Shown piece by piece: positions 1 through 10,600 of a stretch of DNA of 22,321 bases. Positions within the stretch are counted from its first letter, which is position 1. The number at the start of each line of letters is the position of its first letter. This DNA is from Paramoeba atlantica (lineage: Eukaryota > Protista > Discosea): NCBI GenBank assembly GCA_977017575.1, contig CDRNVI010000135.1, forward strand, positions 1 through 22,321, in the 5' to 3' direction. The position numbers and the translations under genes are program-made. Below the pieces are notes generated by a model. The model was given only the letters and a program-made list of their open reading frames with translations, searched no databases and was not told where the DNA came from.

Positions 1-237
1 GTATTAGCGGCACGTGGTGATCTAACCACCGATGCTTATGTCGCACTTACATTGCCCAAGCAAGCATTAGCAAGCGCATTTCGTGGCAGTACACAGGTCG
101 ATAAATATGGATATGAATTAGTTAGCATTGATAAAGATGTGTGCCCACGACAACCGTTAATCGATCATTTTTATCATGATAAGCAACACTATCACTTCGT
201 CAATGACGAATTACAATTGGTCGTGCCTAGTATTTAG
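1..237 (+). CDS. Bacterial hypothetical protein, 3' part only (runs off window start)
   Basis: Frame 1 is open from base 1 (VLAARGDLTTDAYVALTLPKQ...VVPSI) to TAG at 235-237. It overlaps the convergent pyrC stop by 27 bp. No recognisable motif. Confidence 0.6.
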   Translation, partial: VLAARGDLTTDAYVALTLPKQALASAFRGSTQVDKYGYELVSIDKDVCPRQPLIDHFYHDKQHYHFVNDELQLVVPSI

Positions 238-1269
238 GACTTGCCAGTCTAGTGTATCACCCGCACGAAATGGAATAATCGTATCGTTATCATCGGTGAT
301 ATAGGTGGTAGGCACTGTCCACGATTTATGTTCAATACAAATTGAACGCTGATTACATGGCAGTTTATAAAAGTTTGCACCAAGTCGGCTGCAAAAGTCT
401 TCTAATTTGTCTAACGCATTGTGTTTCGCAAAGAATTCTGTGTATAACGCCATTGCCACTGGTGCAGTAAAAATCCCAGCACAACCGCATGCGCTTTCTT
501 TATGTTGTTTAGTATGCGGCGCACTATCTGTTCCTAAAAAGAAATGTGGATCACCACTTAATGCTGCTTGTTGTAAGGCATATTGATGTTGCTGTGCCTT
601 TAAAATGGGTAAGCAATAATAGTGTGGGCGAATGCCACCAACTAACATGTCGTTACGATTTAGCAATAAATGGTGTATGGTAATGGTTGCACCAACTGTT
701 GCTGGGGCTTGTTGAATAAATTGAACCGCATCGCGTGTAGTAATGTGTTCTAACACAACCCGTAGTTTAGGAAACGTATCGACGATGGGTGCTAGTACGC
801 TGTCAATGAATCGTTGTTCGCGATCGAAAATATCGATGTTAGCATCAACCACCTCACCGTGTATTAACAACGGCATATCGATATCTTGCATAGCAGAAAA
901 TAGTGGGTAAAGTTGCTGAACATGCTGCACACCGGCATCCGATAACGTGGTTGCGCCAGCAGGATATAATTTAGCAGCAACGATCTTATCGTGTTGTTGG
1001 GTTTCCATGATGTCAGTTACCGATGTCGTATCAGTTAAATAAAGTGTCATCAATGGGTCAAATGGTGTATTAGCCTGTTTTGCTGCAGCTAGGATACGTT
1101 CTCGATAGGCTAATGCCTGTGCGCAAGTGGTCACTGGTGTCACTAAGTTTGGCATCACAATAACCCGATTAAAATGTTGTGCGCTGGCAGGGACGGTAAT
1201 ATTGAGAAAATGGCCATCGCGCAAATGGCAGTGCCAGTCATCTGGCTGTTGCAATGAAATGGATTGCAT
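211..1269 (-). CDS. pyrC: Dihydroorotase, homodimeric (E. coli PyrC) type
   Basis: Motifs DWHCHLRDG, VMPNL, KLYPAGATT, LIHGEV, LEHITT, HHLL, CLPILK, FLGTDSAPH, CGCAGIF. ATG at 1269 (MQSISL) preferred over 1302 because it matches the usual N-terminus and follows a purine-rich AAAAGGG. Confidence 0.96.
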   Translation of the reverse strand: MQSISLQQPDDWHCHLRDGHFLNITVPASAQHFNRVIVMPNLVTPVTTCAQALAYRERILAAAKQANTPFDPLMTLYLTDTTSVTDIMETQQHDKIVAAKLYPAGATTLSDAGVQHVQQLYPLFSAMQDIDMPLLIHGEVVDANIDIFDREQRFIDSVLAPIVDTFPKLRVVLEHITTRDAVQFIQQAPATVGATITIHHLLLNRNDMLVGGIRPHYYCLPILKAQQHQYALQQAALSGDPHFFLGTDSAPHTKQHKESACGCAGIFTAPVAMALYTEFFAKHNALDKLEDFCSRLGANFYKLPCNQRSICIEHKSWTVPTTYITDDNDTIIPFRAGDTLDWQVLNTRHDQL

Positions 1270-1461
1270 GTGGTTACCCTTTTTGTGGGATAGAACGAAC
1301 AATTAGACTACTGCAGAGTTGGTTGTGGATGCAAGTCGCAATATTAGTCCATAAATCAAGCACATTGGTACCATAATTGCCACCTATGCATTTTGTATTT
1401 AGCTAAACACCGCATCAAAGCTTGCATTTCATTTTCTTTCCGTAGAAGATCGCTCTTCTGG

Positions 1462-1477
1462 TTAAGCCATGGCTTAA
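1462..1477. promoter_or_regulatory. Perfect 16-bp palindrome TTAAGCCATGGCTTAA, candidate operator
   Basis: Exact inverted repeat in the divergent pyrC/porin intergenic region, about 41 bp upstream of the ATG at 1519. Function is inferred only. Confidence 0.3.
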
Positions 1478-1518
1478 TTTGTAGGCAAAATACAATCGAA
1501 AAGTATTAGGGGGATGTC

Positions 1519-2487
1519 ATGCAACAACGTAAAATCAGTTGTTTAGTTGCATTATTTATTTCAGTAATAGCAATACTATCATTTGCTACTGCTAGCGGTG
1601 CACCAAATGAGCAAGATAGGGATGCATCGATACAGCGCATTAGCACACAAACAGCAGCATTGGAAAAACAAATGCGCGCTCTACAAGTGCAGTTGCGAGA
1701 ATTAAAACAGCAACAAGCGCAACTAGTTGGGCAACGGACGACAACTAACACATCTACAAAACATACTAAAGCTGTATCGCACCATAGCAAACATCATGGC
1801 AAAGGCTCGGGTGATGTGTTGCGCAGCAATCCAGAAGGTACCTTGGGTTCACAGCTTGATACAGCGAAACAAGTCACACGTTGGATGGATATTCGCGGTA
1901 CAACAGTGGTGACATCGCCTTACTTTGGTCCACAGCCACAATTTGATGGATCGGATATGTTAGTTAATACTTCTAGTGTTAATAAGGATATCGTATTGCT
2001 GCAAATGCGCAAAAATATTAATAAAGAAGTAGATGATGCGCAAAAACCAGCAGAGCATTATTCAGTGTTAGCGCTTAGTGGTGAGTTAGAAGGAGTAGCG
2101 GCATTCTCACGTGGTTATGATAAGACTAAAACCAGTGATGTCGATTTGGCTGCAGCTGAAATAGATGTGGCTGCATTAGTTTATCCATGGTTATTGGGTT
2201 ACATGACGTTGGAATATGACAATAGCAGTTTGCCCGGTGCAACCACCGGTAGCGGTCGACGTGCTGGCAATTCGAATTTTGGTCTAGGCCAAGGCTTTTT
2301 AACAGTGGGTAACTTAGAGCGATCACCCATATATTTCAGTCTTGGGCAACTATATGCACCGTTTGGTCAATACAGCAGTTACATGTATAGCAGTCCGTTA
2401 ACTAAGGTGCTTGGTCGTGCTAAGGTACGTGGTGCTGTGTTAGGTTACGATGGTATTACTAATAACACTGGGTTATATGCATCGGGT
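1519..2487 (+). CDS. Exported outer-membrane protein, LbtU/DUF3573-like porin of Legionellales/Coxiellaceae; 3'-truncated at the junction
   Basis: AGGGGGA RBS; signal peptide (MQQRKISCLVALFISVIAILSFATASG); coiled-coil segment; then beta-strand-like motifs LSGELEG, DVDLAAAEIDV, GFLTVGNLERSPIYFSLGQLYAPFG, SSPLTKVLGR that I recall from LbtU-like porins. The last ~8 codons of the tracked ORF (NITKKYTI*) are antisense nad5. Confidence 0.6.
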
Positions 2488-2492
2488 AATAT
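2485..2492. other. Bacterial / mitochondrial junction
   Basis: The sequence ...TATGCATCGGGT|AATATAACCAAAAAATATAC...: the nad5 frame reads LNSIFFGYI, then becomes non-homologous TRCI*. Base composition drops sharply in GC at this point. Confidence 0.9.
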
Positions 2493-3929
2493 AACCAAAA
2501 AATATACTATTTAAAGCTAATATAAATAAAGGTAAAGACATAAAAATATTAGATTCATGTATTAATTCAAACATTTTTCTATAACCATTAGGTGATGTTA
2601 TAAAAACATATACTAATAACCTAATACTATATAATGATGTAAACAAAGCTGCTATAACACTTAATCAATAAATAAAAGAACTATCTATTATATATGATAT
2701 ATAAGTAATTTCAATTATAACATCTTTAGAATAAAACCCTGTTAAAAAAGGTATACCCATTAATGCTAAAGAACCTATTAACATCATAATATAACTATAA
2801 GGTAATAATTTAATTAACCCTCCATATTTTCTTATATCTTGTTCATCAGATAAAGCATGTATAATAGCCCCCGCACTTAAAAATAATAATGCTTTAAAAA
2901 AGCATGATTAGTTAAATGAAATAAACTTAGTGAATAATTTGATAACCCACATATAAACACCATATAACCTAATTGACTACAAGTTGAATATGCTATAACC
3001 TTTTTTATATCATTTTGAAATAAACCTATAGTTGCTGCAAAAAACTAGTTAAAACACCAACTAAAGTTATAATTCATAAACCAATAGCTGAATATTCAAC
3101 CATTGGTGATAATCTTATTAAAATAAATACTCCAGCTGTAACCATTGTTGCTGCATGTATAAGAGCAGAAACTGGTGTTGGACCAGCCATAGCATCCGGT
3201 AATCAAGTATGTAAACCTAATTGTGCAGATTTTCCCATAGCTCCAATTAATATAAAAATAGTTATCAAAGTTATTGTATTAAAATAATTATTTATAAAAT
3301 AAATATAATCAAATTGACACATATCACTTATTGCGAATATTATACTAAAATTTAATGTTTTATATTCTAAATATATTAAACATATACCTAAACCAACTCC
3401 AATGTCACCTATTCTATTCATAATAATAGCTTTAATTGCAGCTTTGTTTGCATCTGCTATTGTAAATCAAAAATTAATTAATAAATAAGATACTAAACCA
3501 ACACCTTCTCAACCTAAAAATAATTGTAATATATTATCAGCTGTAACTAACATTAACATAAATCATGTAAATAATGATAAATAAGATACAAATCGAGAAG
3601 AAAAAGGATCATTATACATATAACCTATTGAATAAAAATGAACTAATAAAGATATTGTATTTACTACAATTAACATAACACCTGTTACAGGATCGAAAAT
3701 AAATCCTCATGTTACATTAAATAAACCTATATTAAATCATGAAAATAATTTTAAAAAACATACAGAACCTTTTAATACAGTTTCATAAAAAATATAATAT
3801 GATAACAACACTGTTAATAACATATTAAAATTCGCAATTATAAAACTACCTTTATTTCCTAATAAACGCCCAAAAAAACTTATAAATTAAAAAACTTATT
3901 AATGGTAAATATAATACTAATAAATACAT
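2488..3929 (-). CDS. nad5: NADH dehydrogenase subunit 5; 3'-truncated, three single-base frameshifts
   Basis: Motifs [91 protein letters not shown]. Frame breaks at ~3885 (+1), ~3039-3044 (-1) and ~2896-2901 (-1). Confidence 0.95.
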
Positions 3930-3948
3930 AAAAAGTATATAAAAAAAT

Positions 3949-4269
3949 TTAACCTTTTATAGTACTAATATAATCTATAGATATAATACCTCTTAATCTA
4001 TAATAAATAACTATTAATCCTAAACCAATAGCTGATTCAGAAGCTGCTATAGTTAATATATATAAAGCAAATATCTGACCATATATATCATCTAAATATA
4101 TTGATAAAAAAATAAATAATAAATTTACAGATGCTAAAATTAACTCTATAGACATTATTATTATTATTATATTTCTACGTGTAATAAAAATACCCGCTAT
4201 ACCTATAATAAATAAACTAAAACTTAAAATAGGTATAAATGTTTCAAAAGGAATTAAGATATTAAACAT
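3949..4269 (-). CDS. nad4L: NADH dehydrogenase subunit 4L
   Basis: RRNIIIIIMSIELIL, GQIFALYILTIAASESAIGLGL; 106 aa. Confidence 0.95.
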   Translation of the reverse strand: MFNILIPFETFIPILSFSLFIIGIAGIFITRRNIIIIIMSIELILASVNLLFIFLSIYLDDIYGQIFALYILTIAASESAIGLGLIVIYYRLRGIISIDYISTIKG

Positions 4270-4287
4270 TGTTAAAATAAATGTTTT

Positions 4288-5040
4288 TTAATGTCCAGCT
4301 TCGTAAGAATCTTTTAAATAAATAGAAACTAAAACAATAAATACATAAGCTTGTAAAAATGAAATACCAAACTCTAATAAAAAAATTACAGTTATTAATA
4401 ATATTCCTAAAATACCTATAATATAATTAAATTTTAATATTTTTACAATAAAAAATAATAAAATATGTATTAATGAATGTCCCGACATTAAATTTGCAAA
4501 TAACCGTATAGATAAACTAAAACCTCTTGCAATATAAGAAATAACTTCGATACCTATTAACATAGGTAATAAAATATTAGGAACACCTTTTGGTATAAAT
4601 AACTGTATAAAATGTAATTTTTGTTTTAAAAAACCTATTATAGTTAATCCTATAACAGTAATTGATCCTAATAAAAATGTTAAAATTATATGACTTGTAA
4701 TAGTAAAAGAACTTGGTACTAAACCAATAAAATTTGCTATTAATATAAAATAAAATAAGCTAGCTATATAAACAAAATATGGTTCACCTCTTTTACCTAC
4801 TTGTGTAACTAAAACATTTAACGGAAATAAATATATAAAATTCTCATATATGTATTGTCATAACGATTTATAAACTAAATTTAATTTAGATAATAATACA
4901 TTACTTGTTATAATATTTATTATAAAAAAAATAATAAATAAATATATAAATAAGTTTGTTATATAAAAATCACTAAAATAAAAATTTATATATAAAGAAA
5001 ATATATCAAATTGATCTAATGGTTGAAAAAATTTATTCAT
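4288..5040 (-). CDS. atp6: ATP synthase subunit a
   Basis: Continuous in code 4 through TGA at 4858-4860. Starts with PLDQF; contains FTITSH, IEVISYIARGFSLSIRLFANLMSGH, LEFGISFLQAYVF; 250 aa. Confidence 0.96.
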
Positions 5041-5058
5041 AATATATAAAATAATTTT

Positions 5059-5415
5059 TTACTCTCAGGTTAAAGCACCTTTTAATCATTCATATATGAA
5101 ACCTATAGTTAATATAGTAATAAAAATCAATACTACTAAAAAACCACTTGTTCCTAAAAAATTAACTAAAGTCAATCATGGAAATAAAAATATTATTTCT
5201 AAATCAAAAATTAAAAATAAAATAGATACTAAATAAAATCTTACATTAAAATTATGTCTAGTATCTTCAAAAGGGTGAAAACCACATTCATATGCTGAAA
5301 CTTTTTCTATCTCAAATTTTGAATAAATAAGAAGTAAAATAATAGAAAATAATACTAAAGAAATAATCATACTTAATGATATAGAGATAATAATTATACT
5401 ATATTCAAAATTCAT
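5059..5415 (-). CDS. nad3: NADH dehydrogenase subunit 3
   Basis: [35 protein letters not shown], ends GFIYEWLKGALTWE*; 118 aa in code 4. Confidence 0.96.
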
Positions 5416-5418
5416 ATA

Positions 5419-5922
5419 TTATTTTTTTATAGTAAAATATTTTTTAAAAATAAAATTTTTATAGTTTATTTGATTTAATAATTTAAATTTAATACTAAAT
5501 ATAAAATAATTATTAATATAAAAAGTATTTAAAAAATTATTATATAAATAACTATATAAATTTGATATAGAATTTAATAATATATTTAAATTAATATTAT
5601 AAAATAAAATTATAAATTTAAAATAATAATTTTGAAATGTAGATATTAAAATATTTTGAAATATTATATTTTTATATAAATAAAAAATATAATATAGTTT
5701 TAATAATTTTAAATAATATTGTTTATATATTTCATTTTTTTTTATAATTAAGAAATTACTTTTTAACGAAGAAATATAAAAAGTAAATAAAGATATAATT
5801 AATAATATAATTATAATTAATAAATTACCAACAGAATTAAAAAAAAATAAATGATTTGAAAACATATTAACTAAAAATAATATAGAAATATAAAAAATTA
5901 TAAAATTAAAAATTTTATTCAT
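5419..5922 (-). CDS. Probable ATP synthase subunit b (atp4/ymf39-like), divergent
   Basis: 167-aa ORF with two N-terminal hydrophobic segments and a polar helical remainder. Size and topology fit atp4, but no firm motif is present. Confidence 0.45.
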   Translation of the reverse strand: MNKIFNFIIFYISILFLVNMFSNHLFFFNSVGNLLIIIILLIISLFTFYISSLKSNFLIIKKNEIYKQYYLKLLKLYYIFYLYKNIIFQNILISTFQNYYFKFIILFYNINLNILLNSISNLYSYLYNNFLNTFYINNYFIFSIKFKLLNQINYKNFIFKKYFTIKK

Positions 5923-5926
5923 ATGT

Positions 5927-7075
5927 TTAAGTAATATTTTTATATAATGATTTTTCTAATTTAACAATAACAGGTAACAATATAATAAAATATATAAAAT
6001 AAAAACTTGTAGCCATTTGACCTATAAAATAATAAGGTTCTTCTATAGGTTTACCTCCTATTCAGGTTAATGTAATAAAATCCATAATAAATAATCAAAA
6101 ACCTAAATTATAAATAGGTCTAAAATAACCACTAACTATAGGTGCTTTCACATAAAATGGAAATATTATTAAAACAATAATAGATAAAACTAATAAGATA
6201 AAACCACCTGCTTTATCTGGTACAGATCTTAAAATTGCATAAAAAGCTTTAAAATATCATTCTGGTACGATATGTACGGGTGTTACTAAAGGATTTGCTT
6301 CTAAATAATTATCTGCGTCTATTATACTTGGAGTATGTTTTATAGCATACATATTAAAACCAAATAATAATAATAATGAACTAAATAAATCTTTAAAAAC
6401 AAAATAAGGATGAAATGGTATTTGATCTACCTTATGATTAATACCTAATATATTATTAGAACCAACTTCATGTAATAATATAATATGAACTCCAGCTAAA
6501 GCTGCTATAACAAAAGGTAATAAATAATGTAAACTAAAAAAACGATGTAATGTAGCTTCATCAACAGAAAATCCACCTCATAATCATAATAATATATCAT
6601 TACCTACAAAAGGTATAACTGACACTAAATTAGTAATAACAGTTGCTGCTCAAAAACTCATTTGACCCCAAGGTAAAACATAACCTACAAAAGCTGTTAT
6701 AATCATAATTAATAATATTATAACACCAGATACTCATACAAATTGTCTAGGATAAGTATATGAACCATAATATAAACCTCTAAATACATGTAAATATATT
6801 ACAAAAAAAAAAACTGATGATCCACTAGCATGGTACATTCTTAGCATATCACCAAAATGTACATCATTAACTATATGTCTAACACTAGCAAAAGCTAAAT
6901 CAGCATTAGGTGTATAATACATAGCTAAAATAACACCTGTTAAAATCTGAATAATTAAAAACAAACCAGCACTAACTCCTAAATTTCAAGCATAAGTTAT
7001 ATTAGCAGGAGCTGGATAAACTACTAAAGCATTATAAAATGCATTTACAAAAATATCTTTTTTAACTAATCTCAT
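5927..7075 (-). CDS. cob: Apocytochrome b
   Basis: Continuous 382-aa frame in code 4. All four heme-ligand His present ([27 protein letters not shown]); [12 protein letters not shown]; WGGFSVD; HIVPEWY. Confidence 0.98.
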
Positions 7076-7455
7076 TATTTATATATTGTTTTTATTATAA
7101 AATATTTTTTATTTAATAAAGATTCTTTTTTTAAGAAATTTAAACCTAATATATATAATTTACTAAAAATAATAATTTTAATATTATTAATTTTAGATTT
7201 TAATAAAACAACAAATTTATTTAATAAAAAATTATTATTTAATAAAATACTTAAATTTAATTTTATAATAAATAAAATATTTGATTCTAATAATAATAAT
7301 CTTTTTATTATAGATTTTAATTTATATTTTCTTAATTTAATAGTTTTATTTATTAAAGGGAATATATATCTTGCATAATAAATATAAATTAATCAAAAAA
7401 ATATAAAATTTAAAACTAATTCTAAAAATAAAATTCCTAAATCTAATTGTGGCAT
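7075..7455 (-). CDS. atp8: ATP synthase subunit 8 (long protist form), absent from ORF track
   Basis: Starts MPQLD; one TM helix with in-frame TGA (FFWLIYIYY); then FPLINKTIKLRKYK; 126 aa. Its TAA overlaps the cob ATG (TAATG). Confidence 0.88.
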
Positions 7456-7693
7456 AATAATAATTTTTTTTTTTATTACTATAATTTAATTACTAAATAA
7501 TTTTCTTAATCATTTTTTCACGTTTATTCTTTTCTTTCTTTTTCTATACAACATCTTGAAGGTGCAAACATATATAAGATAAAAATATTTTTTTCTTTTT
7601 ACCTTATTTTAAAAATATTATTATTATTCAAATTAATAATAATATTCAAATTTAAAAATTTCTTTTTAAATTTATTAATTAAATATTATTTAA

Positions 7694-10600
7694 TTAATAT
7701 TTTTTAGAATTTAATAAAGTAACAGTATTTAATTTATAATTTATTAAGCTATTATTATTTAATAAACTATAATCATAGTCATAAATATTATTAAAAAAAT
7801 TTATTTCATTTAATTTTGAATAATAATTTAAATTTTTTTTATTTGAATACTTAATACTATATATATACTTATATATTATATTTAAATTTTTCATAAATTT
7901 AGTAATAAATAAACTAATATCACAATTTATTTTTTTAGTATAATTATTTTTTAAAATCAAATTATTAAATAATACTAATTTTAAAAAATATTTATAATAA
8001 CTATATATAGAATTATTATATTTCAAATTATTTATATTTTTATAATTATTAGTATAATCATTAATATTATTAAATAATATATAATTTTTTATTGATACAT
8101 TTTTTACTAAAAATTTATTATAGTAAACTTTATTTTTAATAAAACTTTTGAAAGTCTTATTTTTGTTATAAAAATATTGTAACAAATTACTTCTAATATT
8201 AATTAAAATTTTTGAATAATTTAGTTTACTAAAATTTTTATATTGATTAATTCGTTTTAAAAATAATAAATCAATATTATATATTTTTCTATATATATTA
8301 TAAATTTTAAAATGTATATATTTTGATAAATACGACATTATATTATCTTCATTACGTTTAAAATAATTTTCTTTTATTAATGATCATTTAGGATATTCTA
8401 CTAATAATGTTCTTCTAAAAAAATACATACTACTTTTTTTAAATAAACCTTTTTTAAATAAAATTTTTAATTTTTTTTTCATTTGTTTAAATAATAATGT
8501 TTTATTATTATTAATAAACTTATAATTTAAAAAAAAAGATGTAATATTATTATACCTATAGAATCTTCTCTTTTTTCCTGTTAAATATAAATTTAATAAT
8601 TTTTTTTCTCTTTTCTTTAAATTATTTTTTTGAATTAATATAAATACTTTCTTCTTTCTATTATAAAATTTTAAATATGAACTCTTCTGAGTAAAAGATT
8701 TATTTATAAATCAATTTCTTTTTTTTCATAAACAAATTGAGTTTTTAATATTTTTTTTTTCTTTTATTGGTTTTAAAATTATTTTTCTCTTTTCTTTTAT
8801 TAAATTATTATTTATAAATAAATAATAAGTTCAAGATTTTAAATTTTTCTCTTTTCTTTTATTTAATTTTAAATTATCAATTAAATTACAATTATAAGAT
8901 ATAAAATTTCTCTTTTTTAAACTTTTATTCTCTTTTCTTTTAGATATAATTGAATTATTATTTAATAAATTTTTTGAATAAAAAATATAATTCTTTTTAA
9001 TCTTAGTTAAAACTTTTATTAAATAATTTTCACAATTAATATTACAAGAAAATACTAAAAAATTATTATAAGGTATCTTTATAGATTTTCATTTATAATA
9101 TAAATCATTCTTTTCTTTTTCATTTATAATATAAAAATTTCATTTTTTTTTATGAAATTTATTTATTATATCGTAATAATCTAATTCATAACTATTAAAT
9201 ATAAAATTTTTATATTTATAAACTTTAAAATTTTTATATTTATGAGAACAATAATCTTTATTAAATTTATTATATTTACAATTATAATTATAAATATTAA
9301 AATTCAATAAATCTTTATTATTATAATTGTAAATATAATAATTTATTAAAGATTTCATATTTTTATTATTATTAAAATAATTTTTTTTCTTTATTCCCTT
9401 TTTTTTATGTAATTTATTTAATTTAATTAAATTTAAAGAAATATTATAAAAAAATTTATCAAATTTATATATTTTTTTTTCTTTTGTTGTTGATTTTTTA
9501 ATAATAAAAAATTTTGAATTTTTTCTTTTTATATTTATAAATTTTTTAATTTTTTTCTTTTTATATTTATAATTATTAATTTTATTATAATTATATTTAT
9601 TAAAAATACGAAAATATAAATATTTATTTATTTGTTTTCAATTTCTTTTTTTTAATATGTTATTAAAACTATTCTTAAAAAAGAAATTTTTAACATTTTT
9701 AGAAATTTTATAATTATTTAATAATTTAATATTATTTAATATTATTAAAAATATTTTTAATATTTTATAATCAATATTCGAATTAATAGTATATAAAAAT
9801 TTATTCATTATATAAAATTTTTTATAATTTTTATATAAAAATTTATTTTTAATATTATTATAAATACTATTAATATATAAATTTTTTATAAAATATAAAA
9901 AATTATAATTTAATAATTTTTTTCTTTTAATTAAATATGAATAATTATATAATTTTATTCTTTTTTCTTTTCTTTTATATAATTTTAAAGAATAAAAGTT
10001 ATTTTTTATTCTTTTTATATAATCTAAAAATTTCTCTTTTCTTTTATATTTTTTTCATAAATTAATATTATATATTTTATAAAAAAAATTATATCTAATA
10101 TTAAATAAATTTCTCTTTTCTTTTTTATTTTTAAATAAATTTAGTTTATTTAAAAATAAATTATAATTATATAATTTATTTTTAAATTTTTTTTTAATTA
10201 AAATTTTTCTCTTTCTATATAATTTATTTTTATTTTTTTTATACAATAATTTTTTAAATAAAAAATAATAATTATTATAAAAATTTTTTATATTAAATTT
10301 TTTATATTTTAAATATTTTTTATTATAATATTTTAATAAATTTTCTTTTCTAAATAATAAAAATAAATTTTTTTTATTCTTTTCAAGACAATATTTTTTT
10401 CTTATATAAAAATTATTATTAAATTTTATATAATCTAAATTAAATAAATTTAATTTTGATAAAGACTTAAAATTATAACCTAAAAATACTTGACCTTTTT
10501 TTAAAAAAATAGTTTTTTTTATTATATTATTATTATAATGAAATAATTGTTGTTTTCTTCTTCTCTTTTCTTCTCTTTTCTTTCTAAAACTATTACTTAT

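Noticed and set aside
1420-1450. Sigma70 promoter or Fur box (TTGCAT...TAGAAG; GAAAATGAAATGCA)
   Set aside because: Spacing and consensus matches are too poor to support a call.
1506-1790. 94-aa minus-strand ORF
   Set aside because: Antisense shadow of the porin gene; no motif.
1727-1912. 61-aa alternative-frame ORF
   Set aside because: Nested out of frame within the porin CDS; no RBS or motif.
2126-2326. 66-aa minus-strand ORF
   Set aside because: Antisense to the porin CDS.
2488-2514. Apparent natural C-terminus (NITKKYTI*) of the 331-aa ORF
   Set aside because: It is antisense nad5 read past the junction, not a true porin end or a functional fusion.
2890-3050. Physarum-type insertional mRNA editing as a genome-wide system
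   Set aside because: Frameshifts are few, confined to homopolymers, and absent from most genes; pervasive editing would disrupt all of them.
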